A DNA stretch of 64,000 nt, taken from Candidatus Brockarchaeota archaeon. Its GTDB lineage: Archaea > Thermoproteota > EX4484-205 > JAAOZP01. Location: positions 379-64,378 of the forward strand of contig JAFNIT010000004.1 in assembly GCA_017601345.1 (NCBI GenBank), in the 5' to 3' direction. A program made the translations under genes and the position numbers. This document shows, one piece after another, positions 9,603-19,440 of this stretch; position 1 is the first letter of the stretch, and each line of letters opens with the position of its first letter. Under the pieces are notes generated by a model. That model did not search any database. It saw only the letters and a list, made by a program, of their open reading frames with translations, and was not told the DNA's origin.

Positions 9603-10967
9603 ATGCCGGTTTGCCCAGTTGACATAGGCAGGTATGGTTCCGTAGAAATGAGGAGGATCTTTGAAGAGGAAAACAGGCTTCAGAAAATGCTTGACGTTGA
9701 GGCAGCATTGGCAGAGGCTTTGGCTGAAGTAGGTGAGATACCGCGTGAGGCTGCTTTAACAATAAGGAGCAAGGCTGTCTCAAGAATAGTTACAGTCGAT
9801 AAGATTAGGGAGAGGGAGAAAATAACCAAACACGATATAGCTGCGATGGTAGAAGTACTCTCAGAAGAGTGTGGAGAATATGGGGAGTACGTTCACTGGG
9901 GGGCTACGAGCAATGATATAACGGATACAGCACTAGTCCTACAATTGAAGGAGGCTTTAGGTATAATCGGTAGGAGGCTGGTTTCCATAATAGAAATTCT
10001 TTGCGAAATGGCTAACAAATACGAGGATTTAGTAATGCCTGGGAGAACACATGGTCAACACGCCATTCCAATAACGCTTGGATTCAAATTCGCTGTTTAT
10101 GCTGCTGAGCTTGCCAGAAACTATGAGAGAATGCTACAGCTTTCAAAGAGGGTTTTGAAGGGGAAGATGAGTGGAGCAGTAGGCACGATGGCAGCCTTCG
10201 GAGAGAAGGCTATATTAATCGAGGATAAGACTATGAGTAAGCTGGGTCTGGAACCAGTTGAAATAGCAACCCAAATAATTTGCAGAGACAGGTTTGCTGA
10301 ACTAGTGTTGTGGACAGCACTGCTTGGCTCAAGCCTAGAAAGAATAGCTGTTGAAATAAGGAATCTTCAGAGGACGGAGATAATGGAGGTTGCTGAGGGC
10401 TTTGGAGAGCAGCAACGTGGAAGCAGCACAATGCCCCAGAAGCAGAACCCTGTTGACAGTGAGAAAGTATCTGGTCTCGCTAAATTGTTAAGGGGCATGG
10501 TGATACCTGCTTTAGAAAACATCCCGCTCTGGCATGAGAGGGACCTTTCCAATTCTAGCAATGAGAGGTTTACAATACCCTTATCCATGATAATAATTGA
10601 TGAAATGCTAATGACCATGGAGAATGTTCTTAGAAACCTAAGGGTTTACCCTGAGAACATGGTGAAGAATCTTGATTTGACGAGAGGCAGGATAATGAGC
10701 GAAGCCGTCATGATGAGGCTGGCTAGGAAAGGCATGGGAAGGAGGAGAGCGTATGAGACTGTGAGGAGATTGTCTCGGAAAGCCTCTGCTGACAATAGGA
10801 GCTTCCTAGAGGTCCTAGAGGAAGACCTGGAAGTCGCTAAGTATATTAGTCGCGAAGAGTTAATGGAACTCATGAATCCCAAGAACTACTTGGGGAAATA
10901 CAAAGAGTTAATAGCCAGAGCTACCTCCTACGCTGCGTCTAAAATAAGTGCAGATGTAAAAACATAG
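9603..10967 (+). CDS. purB: Adenylosuccinate lyase
   Basis: GSSTMPQKQNP signature loop. The ORF opens at 9537, but MPVCPVDIGRYGSVEM (9603) matches the usual PurB N-terminus. Confidence 0.9.
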   Translation: MPVCPVDIGRYGSVEMRRIFEEENRLQKMLDVEAALAEALAEVGEIPREAALTIRSKAVSRIVTVDKIREREKITKHDIAAMVEVLSEECGEYGEYVHWGATSNDITDTALVLQLKEALGIIGRRLVSIIEILCEMANKYEDLVMPGRTHGQHAIPITLGFKFAVYAAELARNYERMLQLSKRVLKGKMSGAVGTMAAFGEKAILIEDKTMSKLGLEPVEIATQIICRDRFAELVLWTALLGSSLERIAVEIRNLQRTEIMEVAEGFGEQQRGSSTMPQKQNPVDSEKVSGLAKLLRGMVIPALENIPLWHERDLSNSSNERFTIPLSMIIIDEMLMTMENVLRNLRVYPENMVKNLDLTRGRIMSEAVMMRLARKGMGRRRAYETVRRLSRKASADNRSFLEVLEEDLEVAKYISREELMELMNPKNYLGKYKELIARATSYAASKISADVKT

Positions 10968-10988
10968 TCGTTAAAGACAGGGATAGCT

Positions 10989-11600
10989 TTGGATATAGAC
11001 AGTCTTGTAGAATTGATTAGAAACAAGGCTTGGAAGCATTATTCTCCAGAACCCGGGCATGACTGGTTGCACGCCGAGAGAGTCTACAGAATGTGCATGA
11101 AGATTAGAGAAAGAGAAGGAGGCGATCCCGAGGTGCTTGCTGCAGCAGCATTACTTCACGACGTTGGTGTTCAAAACGAATTGGAGCAGAACGTAGACCA
11201 CTCGGAGGAGAGCGCTAAAATCGCAGGCGAAATACTTCGCGAAATAGGTTTCTCAAGCCATAAGATAAAAAAGGTCCAGGAGGTGATTAGGCAACATAGA
11301 TTTAAAAACAGTGTTAAAGCAACTACTTTGGAGGCGAAAATTTTACAAGACGCCGACCGCTTGGATGCGATTGGAGCAATAGGAATAGCGAGAACTTTTT
11401 CTTACGGGGGTAGTAGGAAGGTCCCCATGTATTCTGATGACAGGAATGTTACCTCCACTCTTCAACACTTCCATGATAAGCTTCTCAAAATAAGAAGTGT
11501 GTTAAACACTGAGACTGCTAAAGCAATTGCTAAAGAGAGACATGAATTCATGGAGGTTTTCTTATCAAGGTTTTTGAAAGAGATTGAGGGAGAAGCTTGA
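10989..11600 (+). CDS. HD-domain phosphohydrolase
   Basis: 203 aa; H...LLHDVG...DADRLDAIG. TTG start. Confidence 0.75.
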   Translation: MDIDSLVELIRNKAWKHYSPEPGHDWLHAERVYRMCMKIREREGGDPEVLAAAALLHDVGVQNELEQNVDHSEESAKIAGEILREIGFSSHKIKKVQEVIRQHRFKNSVKATTLEAKILQDADRLDAIGAIGIARTFSYGGSRKVPMYSDDRNVTSTLQHFHDKLLKIRSVLNTETAKAIAKERHEFMEVFLSRFLKEIEGEA

Positions 11601-11646
11601 CCCTATATTTTTAAGTAGCCTTCTAAACATTTCTTCCGGGTAAAGG

Positions 11647-12402
11647 TTGGTGATGCAAATAGTTTTCATAGGTCCAGCTGGTTCGGGCAAGACTACTTTA
11701 GTCAGTAAATATGGTGAGTGGCTTAACTCAAGCAACCAGAGAGTTTCCTTCATAAACCTTGACCCTGGAGCAGAAGAAGTACCGTATTCCCCATCATTCG
11801 ACATCAGAGAATTCTTTACTGTCGAGGAAATAATGAGGAGGGAGAAACTAGGTCCTAACGGAGCCATGATAAGAGCCATGGACATGTTAGCTGAGAAAAG
11901 CAGCGAATTGATTTCTAAAATAGGAGCTTTCCAAACAGATTTAATACTCGTAGATACCCCTGGTCAGAGCGAACTCTTCGTATTCAGGAGCACGGGGCCG
12001 GAAATTGTTCGAAGCCTATCTAGGATCAGTAGGACTATAATAGTGTTTTTGATTGACGGCCAGTTGATACGTTTTCCAAGCGACCTTATGGCTATGTTCT
12101 CCCTGGCAGCAGCATGTAAGCTGAGGCTGAGCGTTCCACTTGTCCATGTAGTCACCAAGACCGATACATTGGGGAGGGCTGACCTCGATCTTCTAATGCA
12201 GAATCCAGAGTATTTGGAAGATAGGATCGTTGAAGAAGAAAAAGGGCTTTTACAGGAGTACATGCTAGAATATTCTAAGATTCTTCATCCCATACTTAGA
12301 AGACAGAGGACAGTTTTTGTTTCAGCTATAGTTGGTACAGGATTTGAAGCATTAGAATCCATTATACATGATGCTATATGTGAGTGTGGAGATCTCCGTT
12401 GA
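11647..12402 (+). CDS. GPN-loop GTPase (paralog 1)
   Basis: P-loop GPAGSGKTT, GPN motif LGPNGAMI, DTPGQSE. Confidence 0.8.
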   Translation: MVMQIVFIGPAGSGKTTLVSKYGEWLNSSNQRVSFINLDPGAEEVPYSPSFDIREFFTVEEIMRREKLGPNGAMIRAMDMLAEKSSELISKIGAFQTDLILVDTPGQSELFVFRSTGPEIVRSLSRISRTIIVFLIDGQLIRFPSDLMAMFSLAAACKLRLSVPLVHVVTKTDTLGRADLDLLMQNPEYLEDRIVEEEKGLLQEYMLEYSKILHPILRRQRTVFVSAIVGTGFEALESIIHDAICECGDLR

Positions 12403-12637
12403 GCTTACCCCAATATATTTTGATGAGCTCCTCGTAATACTCCCCCGAAGCCATACTGTCTTCAATAAGCTTGACTAAAGAATAAATCTCGTCGAAAAAC
12501 ACAATATCCTCAGCCGATACGCCTCTTCTCCTCATTTTCCTCACCCCCCTTATTCCTAAACCAGCCTCCATTAGTGTAAGCGTTAAGACAGTATGTTTCA
12601 ACTCCTTAAGCTGATTTCTAAAACGGTCTGCGAACAA
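12374..12637 (-). CDS. Hypothetical small protein
   Basis: 87-aa ORF of non-repetitive composition; overlaps the 3' end of the GPN gene by 29 nt. No motif recognised. Confidence 0.3.
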   Translation of the reverse strand: MFADRFRNQLKELKHTVLTLTLMEAGLGIRGVRKMRRRGVSAEDIVFFDEIYSLVKLIEDSMASGEYYEELIKIYWGKLNGDLHTHI

Positions 12638-12681
12638 TACGACTCTGACCTAAATCATGCGCGAGGTTTATTAAAAAGCTC

Positions 12682-14127
12682 ATGGCTCTAAAAAGCATGG
12701 ATATCGTTGAACTCTTGAAAAAGATTCTTGATTATGCTATTGCATCGGGGGCATCATATGCCGAGGCCAGGTTTCACAACGATTTTGAGAAAAGCATTAC
12801 TTTAAAAAACGGAGAAGTCGAGGCAGTTGAAGCAAGTTACGAAAGAGGCGTAGGCATTAGGGTTATTGTTAACGGCGGACTTGGTTTCGCCTCCACAAAT
12901 CTTCTCAAGCCTGAAACAATTACTCACGTTATAGATAGGGCTGTTAAAACGGCTAGAGCATCCTCTTCATTAAAGTCTGTTAGCATAAAGTTCTCGGATG
13001 AAGAGCCTTACTCCGTCGACTGGAGAGTTTTCGAAAAGAAGAGCCTAGAGAACTGGGGCTTAAAAGACAAAGTTGATTTCCTGAAGAAACTGGATAGTGA
13101 GATTTTAAGCCAGAGTGTGAACGTTTCATCCAGATACTTAACCTACAGTGAGGAAAAAACTGAGAGAGTATATGTTAATACTGAGGGCTCGCTAGTATTA
13201 GCAACGGTTCCACGACCCTCGTTTTTCGCATTAATAACTGTTTCCGATTCGTCCAAGGGAGTCATACAGAGAACTCTTCAATTCGGAGGATCCGGCGGCT
13301 TAGAAGTCGTAGATTCTTGGAGGCTTGAGGAGAAAGTGAAGGAGGAAGTCAAGGTTCTCCGCAAGATGCTCGTAGACTCTGTAATGCCTCCGGAGGAAAT
13401 CATGGACGTCGTCATCGGAAGCGAAGTGACAGGCATAGTGTCGCATGAGGCTTCTGGACACCCTGGGGAGGCTGACAGGATACTGGGCAGAGAAGGGGCT
13501 CAAGCAGGAGAATCCTATTTAAAGCCGACAGACATAGGGAGGAAAATAGGAAGCGAAGTCGTCAACCTGGTTGACGACCCTACTTTACCGGGCTCGTACG
13601 GTTTCTATCTTTTCGATGATGAGGGGGTTAAGGCTAGGAGAAAATATTTGATAAAAGACGGTAGGATATGCGAGTTTCTGACGAATAGAGAGACTGCTGC
13701 AAGCCTCGGGATTAAAAGCAACGGATCGGCTAGAGCCTCCGGGTACAATGTTGAACCGATAGTAAGGATGTCAAATACATTCATGCTTCCAGGCGAATAT
13801 ACTTTAGAAGAGCTTTTGAACGATGTCTCTAAGGGAGTCTACATCAAGAGCTTTATGGAGTGGAACATTGATGATAAGAGGTGGAATCAGAGATACGTGG
13901 GGCTGGAGGCCTACATGATAGAAGATGGTAAAATAACCGTCCCGGTGAGAAACCCAGTCATAGAGATTACAACTGAAAAGCTTTTCTCAAGCATTGACGC
14001 TGTAGGCAGAGACTTGGATTTCACAGCAGCAACATGCGGTAAGGGAGATCCCATGCAGGGAGTACCTGTGTACACCGGAGGGCCGAGTGTGAGAATCAGA
14101 AGAATCAGAATAGGGAGGGTTGAATGA
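12682..14127 (+). CDS. tldD: TldD-family metalloprotease
   Basis: 481 aa; VSHEASGHPGEADR (HExxxH); typical GGxGG and C-terminal core. Confidence 0.85.
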   Translation: MALKSMDIVELLKKILDYAIASGASYAEARFHNDFEKSITLKNGEVEAVEASYERGVGIRVIVNGGLGFASTNLLKPETITHVIDRAVKTARASSSLKSVSIKFSDEEPYSVDWRVFEKKSLENWGLKDKVDFLKKLDSEILSQSVNVSSRYLTYSEEKTERVYVNTEGSLVLATVPRPSFFALITVSDSSKGVIQRTLQFGGSGGLEVVDSWRLEEKVKEEVKVLRKMLVDSVMPPEEIMDVVIGSEVTGIVSHEASGHPGEADRILGREGAQAGESYLKPTDIGRKIGSEVVNLVDDPTLPGSYGFYLFDDEGVKARRKYLIKDGRICEFLTNRETAASLGIKSNGSARASGYNVEPIVRMSNTFMLPGEYTLEELLNDVSKGVYIKSFMEWNIDDKRWNQRYVGLEAYMIEDGKITVPVRNPVIEITTEKLFSSIDAVGRDLDFTAATCGKGDPMQGVPVYTGGPSVRIRRIRIGRVE

Positions 14128-15454
14128 AATGGCTGAACTACAGGAGAAAGTGTTGAAGAAGCTCATGGAAAAAGGTGTTGAAGAAGCCATAGTAATTCTT
14201 AGAAGCGATAAGAAAAATTGCGTAAGGTATGCTAACAACGAGCCTACCGTAGCTTTCTCTGAAGCGGTAGATACCCTAACAATATACAGTAGTATCATGG
14301 GAAGGAGCTTCCTAGGAAGCTTTGAAAACGTTTCCGAGGATTTTATCGAGAAGATAGTAGACGAGGTTGTAACCATGACTAAGAATTCTCCACCCTCACC
14401 ATATTATACTCAAATACCTAAGGGACCATTCAGTTATAGGTCTGAAAAAATAGTGGAAAGAAGGATAGGAAGGCTTGATGAGCAGCTGGTATCATATGTT
14501 TCAGAAGCCGTTAAAGCAAGTAAGGAGGCGGGTGCAGAAAGAAGCGCAGGAATAATCTACGCTGATTACCAGGAGGAGAAACTCGTTTCTTCAACGGGCT
14601 TAAGTTTACGAGAGGAGGCCTCATCCATAATTCTGAACCACCGTGCTTTCGCAACTCCGGAGGCAACGGGACAATGGGTCTCATGCTCTACAACTCTAAG
14701 GGATTTCGACCCCTATGATGCTGGTAGGAGGGCTGGCGAGATAGCTAAGATGAGCCTTAACCCAGTTCCTATAGACGAGGGAACATACGATGTTTACATG
14801 GGGCCACTGATATTTGCAAACATAATGAGTGAGGTAGCTAGCTTCTCCTCAGGCTTCCTTGTGCAAATAGAGATGAGTTTCCTCACCGGAAGGCTTGGTG
14901 AAAAAGTCGGCTCTGAAGAACTCACGATCATCGACGACCCTACCATGCCTCAAGGCCTCGGAGAGAAAGTTTTCGACGACGAAGGCATACCTACTCAGAG
15001 AACAGTAATAATTGAGAAGGGTTTTTTGAAAAACTATCTTCATAATAGTAGGACAGCTAAGGTTGCCGGAGTATCTTCCACAGGAAACGCTGGAATAATA
15101 TATCCTCACCCTTGGAATATTGTAGTAAAGCCGGGTAACGTGAAAGAAGAGGACATGGTGCAGAAGCTTGGAAAAGGACTATACTTGACGAATTGCTGGT
15201 ACACCAGGTATCAAAACTATAGGACTGGGGACTTCTCAACTATCGTGAGGGACGGGGCCTTCTACGTTGAAGACGGAGAAGTAAAGAGAGCTGTTAAAGG
15301 ATGCAGGATAAGCGACAATCTGCAAAGAATAATTTCCGATGTAGAGGCTCTTTCGAACAGGCTCTATCCGATCAAATGGTGGGAAGTTGAAGTACCGACC
15401 TACGCGCCGGCAGCAATAATCAGGAACGTTAAGATAACAAGGGCATTCGGCTAA
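14120..15454 (+). CDS. pmbA: PmbA/TldE-family protease partner
   Basis: 444 aa paralogous to TldD without the HExxxH motif; 8-nt overlap with tldD suggests translational coupling. Confidence 0.8.
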   Translation: MNEMAELQEKVLKKLMEKGVEEAIVILRSDKKNCVRYANNEPTVAFSEAVDTLTIYSSIMGRSFLGSFENVSEDFIEKIVDEVVTMTKNSPPSPYYTQIPKGPFSYRSEKIVERRIGRLDEQLVSYVSEAVKASKEAGAERSAGIIYADYQEEKLVSSTGLSLREEASSIILNHRAFATPEATGQWVSCSTTLRDFDPYDAGRRAGEIAKMSLNPVPIDEGTYDVYMGPLIFANIMSEVASFSSGFLVQIEMSFLTGRLGEKVGSEELTIIDDPTMPQGLGEKVFDDEGIPTQRTVIIEKGFLKNYLHNSRTAKVAGVSSTGNAGIIYPHPWNIVVKPGNVKEEDMVQKLGKGLYLTNCWYTRYQNYRTGDFSTIVRDGAFYVEDGEVKRAVKGCRISDNLQRIISDVEALSNRLYPIKWWEVEVPTYAPAAIIRNVKITRAFG

Positions 15455-15456
15455 TG

Positions 15457-16584
15457 TTAAATCAAACCGGTAATTATTGCCATACCCACTATAAGCAGGA
15501 GTACCCCTGCTATTAATCTCATATATCTTCTTTTTTCAATCCTCCAAGCGTCAATTTCTAATACGCTCCTACCGAAGTAAACAAGGAGGAGAATGATGAT
15601 AAGAGGTAGAACTATTATTAAATTATACAGGATGAGAAGCAAAAATCCCTGAAGCGTCAACCCTGTTTTTGAAAGCGGGTAGATTAGGATGCTTACGTAT
15701 ATTGGACCCGTGCATGAAAAACTGATTATTGATACAATTATCCCCAACACGAACCCGATTATAATATTAATGTTCTGAGAATATTTATTAAAAATTCTGT
15801 TTAAGAGTCCTGGATGCTCTAGGCTAAAAATCCTTCCATAAAAGAAGAATTCTTTAAATTCTAAAACACTGAACACGATGGCGATTAAACCAAATAAGTA
15901 GCGCAGCATGGTGGGTGAAGGAAAATAGCGAAGCATCCCTATTGCTTGCAATAAAATGAGGCCAATACCGAAATAAAAAACTAAAATTCCTGTGATGAAG
16001 GCTCCGCACATTAGTAACATGCGTTTCGAAGAACTCCCTTGGAACGCATAACCAATTAGCGAGATTATTGCAGTAAAGGTACAAGGATTTAAAGAACTGG
16101 CGATAGCTGCAGCAACAGTACTTGCTATGAACGGTAGGGATAACGATGGGCGGTGGCCCTCCATAAAGCTCCTTATTATTTCACTAGCTTTATCATAATA
16201 ATCGCCGCCACTATATTCTAGTATAAGGCTTTCTAGTTTCTGAATAATATTCTCCTCACCAATTAGACACGTATCTCCTATGAAAACCGCAGGCACCTCC
16301 CGGTCTTCTTCAGCTATGTTAAAGCCTTCAGAAAGGGCGATAAACAATTCTACATTAGTATCGTTATTAAATATGTCAAACTTTCTAAAGGTTACATTAG
16401 GGTATCGCATCTTAACCGTGTTGATATGATTCTCAGCTCTTATGCAATGCTCGCAGCCTTCTGTAACAAAGTAGTAGACAGTTATATTCTGAGGAGAGGC
16501 TTTAGCAACCATTAGAAAAACATTAAAGAAGAATATTACTATAAAAATAAGCCATGAAAAACTTTCGAGATATCTTTGCGTCAA
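15457..16584 (-). CDS. Thioredoxin-fold (CxxC) domain fused to a CcdA/DsbD-like membrane thiol-disulfide transporter
   Basis: N-terminal anchor, YFVTEGCEHCIRAE (CxxC), then polytopic part with SLNPCTF and FSCTGP Cys motifs. Confidence 0.65.
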   Translation of the reverse strand: MTQRYLESFSWLIFIVIFFFNVFLMVAKASPQNITVYYFVTEGCEHCIRAENHINTVKMRYPNVTFRKFDIFNNDTNVELFIALSEGFNIAEEDREVPAVFIGDTCLIGEENIIQKLESLILEYSGGDYYDKASEIIRSFMEGHRPSLSLPFIASTVAAAIASSLNPCTFTAIISLIGYAFQGSSSKRMLLMCGAFITGILVFYFGIGLILLQAIGMLRYFPSPTMLRYLFGLIAIVFSVLEFKEFFFYGRIFSLEHPGLLNRIFNKYSQNINIIIGFVLGIIVSIISFSCTGPIYVSILIYPLSKTGLTLQGFLLLILYNLIIVLPLIIILLLVYFGRSVLEIDAWRIEKRRYMRLIAGVLLLIVGMAIITGLI

Positions 16585-16586
16585 AT

Positions 16587-17567
16587 CTAAGATCCCGATT
16601 TAAACATGAACGTCTTTGTAACACTTAGGCTTAAGTTATCGTATTTAATTCTGCATGTTAGATTATTCAACCCGCTTTGAATTCCATAACAAGGCGAGCA
16701 TGGAATATCTATGTTAATTGATTCCGTGTTTAAACCTCTGTTAACAGATACTTGCCACACCTGTGTGTTAAAGATCCATTTGTTGTTTACAACATGCTTA
16801 TTGAAACGATTTTTGAAGCCGGATATATCGATGGCAACATTCTCCAAATTCTTATTGCTAAGTATTAAAATCGTCAAATTAACATTCTTATCAACATTCG
16901 CTACATACTCCTCTTTATCTGTAAAAATTGAAAGGATTATTGTTAAATCGTCTCTCGAAAAGATATTTGTAGCAGCTTTTTCTAATCCGGAAAGATATTT
17001 ATTGGCCTCCTCAATGTTTTGAAGAATACTTAGGCAGGAAAATGCTAAACTACTGTTTGTACGCCAGTGTTGAAAGAACTCAAGAACAGTATGATTATAC
17101 TCGCTACCCATAGCTAGGTAATTGAATTCATTATCAAACACTATGGCTTCAAGCTCAGTCGCATTAGCGTGCTCTATTAGAAAAGATATTCTTTTAGGCT
17201 TCTCATAATATTCTGAAAGACAAGCATTCGCCTCTTTGAGATCTTTAAAGATAGTTAGGTATTCTTCAGCAAGACTCTGATTAAGACACCAGTATTGGAA
17301 GAATTCGAGAACAGTAGTATTATATTTTCCATTTGCAGCCAGATGGCTATACTTGTTGTCGAATAGTATTGCAGTCTCGTAATCCGTCAAATTAAGACTC
17401 ATAAGCAAAGATATTCTCTCAGATCTTGAAGTGTCTTCACCAGTACGATTGAAATAATATTGGTAAGTAGAAAAAGCACTAATCAATGCAATAATGACTA
17501 TTATCAATATGATTGCTTTATTCGGCATTACCTCCATCAGAGATTCCTGATATTTAAAACTTTTCAC
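16587..17567 (-). CDS. Hypothetical secreted/anchored protein with an internal tandem repeat of about 65 aa
   Basis: N-terminal TM. Two copies of ...AI(L/V)FDN(K/E)(Y/F)..LA.G.(K/E)YN.TVLEFFQ.W..N.SLA...L.I....(K/I)EAN..LS. Many NxS/T sequons. Confidence 0.45.
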   Translation of the reverse strand: MKSFKYQESLMEVMPNKAIILIIVIIALISAFSTYQYYFNRTGEDTSRSERISLLMSLNLTDYETAILFDNKYSHLAANGKYNTTVLEFFQYWCLNQSLAEEYLTIFKDLKEANACLSEYYEKPKRISFLIEHANATELEAIVFDNEFNYLAMGSEYNHTVLEFFQHWRTNSSLAFSCLSILQNIEEANKYLSGLEKAATNIFSRDDLTIILSIFTDKEEYVANVDKNVNLTILILSNKNLENVAIDISGFKNRFNKHVVNNKWIFNTQVWQVSVNRGLNTESINIDIPCSPCYGIQSGLNNLTCRIKYDNLSLSVTKTFMFKSGS

Positions 17568-17681
17568 CGCTTTAAAAACTCCAATTATCTTTTTGATTAT
17601 AAAAATGCATGAAGCATGATTAACTTTGCCTATCTTTTGATTTAAAGTTAAAAAAGCTTTTAGGATTACTTTTTGTAATAC

Positions 17682-18260
17682 TTGGACAAAATGTCCAAAA
17701 TAAGAGAGAAATACAGAGGGTCTAGAACATTTGCAAGAGATATCGCATTATTATCATTATTATCAGCCTTAGCCATTTCTTCAAATTATGTTTTAATAAG
17801 TGTTCCAAACGTTAAGCTCATGGATGTCATAATCTTCGCGTCCAGCCTCGCGATGGGAATGAAGTTCGGGACAACTCTTGCCGTAGTTATATGGATCATC
17901 TATGGGACATTAAATCCCTGGGGCTTCAGTTTACCAACGTTGGTAATAGTTATTCTCAGCGAGATGATCTATGTTCTCTTTTCTAAAATCGCTTTAAGCT
18001 TTAAATCTGAATGGGGTAAGGCAAGTTCTTATGATTCTTTGTTTCTCGGCTCCTTGGGATTCTTCTCCACCCTTATTTACGATATTGTAACGAACAGTTT
18101 CGTCGGATACCTTTTTTACGGGTCTGTCATTATGGGATTGCTTACAATGAACTTCCCCATTCCGATGGGACTAATGCATGAAGTTTCTAATGCATTTCTC
18201 TTCCCGATAGCTACGCCAGTGATATATAGTATGATAAGACGAGTGGAAAGCAAAATTTAA
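17682..18260 (+). CDS. ECF-transporter S-component-like integral membrane protein
   Basis: 192 aa, about 5-6 TM helices. Family call is by overall look and the DUF4430-type neighbour. TTG start. Confidence 0.5.
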   Translation: MDKMSKIREKYRGSRTFARDIALLSLLSALAISSNYVLISVPNVKLMDVIIFASSLAMGMKFGTTLAVVIWIIYGTLNPWGFSLPTLVIVILSEMIYVLFSKIALSFKSEWGKASSYDSLFLGSLGFFSTLIYDIVTNSFVGYLFYGSVIMGLLTMNFPIPMGLMHEVSNAFLFPIATPVIYSMIRRVESKI

Positions 18261-18273
18261 ATAGGAGGTTGTC

Positions 18274-18774
18274 TTGGACAAAATATCCAAGATGAAACCT
18301 CCGCGAAGTGTGTGGTTCGTCGCAACAGTATTCCTATTTACAATAGCAATAGGAGAGGCCTTGTTTTTGATTAATTTAAAAATGCAGTTGGAGAGTAAGG
18401 AAAAGGCTTATTCAGGGTTGCTAAAAAGCATCGAGGGTATAACCAATAGCGTGAGCATACTCATAAAATATGATAATGGCACTAAAACATGGTTTAACAA
18501 TACTAGAGTTCCAGTGGGCTGGTCGCTTTTTAACCTAACCAATTACGTGACGAACGGTAGGGTTGACTATCAAACTACTTTCGGCGTATTCATAACGGGC
18601 ATAAATGGCGTGGGCTCGCATGATACTTACTATTGGATATGGTATAGATGGGATCCTGTAAAGAAGGATTGGATGCTCGGCGAAACCGGTTGCGACTCAT
18701 ACTTTTTAAATGATGGAGATGTGCTAGCATGGTATCTTGTTGATACGAGCAGCTGGCCGCCGGAGAAGCCTTAA
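18274..18774 (+). CDS. DUF4430-like (transcobalamin-like fold) exported protein
   Basis: N-terminal TM, then FITGINGVG....YYWIWYRWD.....W..GETGCDSYFLNDGDVLAWY, the characteristic DUF4430 C-terminal pattern. Confidence 0.6.
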   Translation: MDKISKMKPPRSVWFVATVFLFTIAIGEALFLINLKMQLESKEKAYSGLLKSIEGITNSVSILIKYDNGTKTWFNNTRVPVGWSLFNLTNYVTNGRVDYQTTFGVFITGINGVGSHDTYYWIWYRWDPVKKDWMLGETGCDSYFLNDGDVLAWYLVDTSSWPPEKP

Positions 18775-18806
18775 AGTTTTTCTAGAGAAGACCATTATAA
18801 CTTGGC

Positions 18807-19412
18807 GTGGAACTGGTTTTAAGGAGAATGGCGAGGGAGTTTGAAAAGCATCCTAAGGATTTTAACATAGGTCATATTCTTTTAATTCTGTTTTATGCTG
18901 AAGAGGGTTTATCCAGGTCTAGGCTTAAGGAGCTTTTAGGCTTGGGTGAAGGGTCTGTGAAAAGCATAGTGAAGTATATGAAGAAACACGGATTACTATC
19001 TACTTCCAAAGCGGGGAGCAGGTTGACAAAAAAGGGTTCAAGCATACTTAGGAAAATAATGGTTTTTGTGCCTAGGATTTGTAAGGTTAGCTTAGAATAC
19101 TTATCGGTTGGGAAAATCAATTATGCTGCCATACTAAGGGGCGTGAAGATATCTGAAATATTGAGGATTAGAGACATGGTTATTAGACTAGGCGGAACTG
19201 GCGCCATTCTCCTTTTTTACAAAAGGGGACGTGTTGAAATACCATATGTGACTGAAGACCTTAAATCAGTCTCTAGTAGCGATTACAGCAAGATTTGTGA
19301 ATTGAATCCTCAAGAAGAGGATTCAATAATAATTGTGGGCGGGGAGGATAAGAGCTCAGCCTTAAAAGCCCTGGGCTCTGTGCTTTTAGGACTGCTTATG
19401 CAACAAGCTTAA
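18807..19412 (+). CDS. wHTH-containing protein (possibly DUF4443-type regulator)
   Basis: 201 aa; N-terminal LSRSRLKELLGLGEGSVKSIVKYMKKHGLL looks like a winged helix. GTG start. Confidence 0.4.
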   Translation: MELVLRRMAREFEKHPKDFNIGHILLILFYAEEGLSRSRLKELLGLGEGSVKSIVKYMKKHGLLSTSKAGSRLTKKGSSILRKIMVFVPRICKVSLEYLSVGKINYAAILRGVKISEILRIRDMVIRLGGTGAILLFYKRGRVEIPYVTEDLKSVSSSDYSKICELNPQEEDSIIIVGGEDKSSALKALGSVLLGLLMQQA

Positions 19413-19440
19413 ATCCATGTTTAAGCAGATATGAAGCAAG

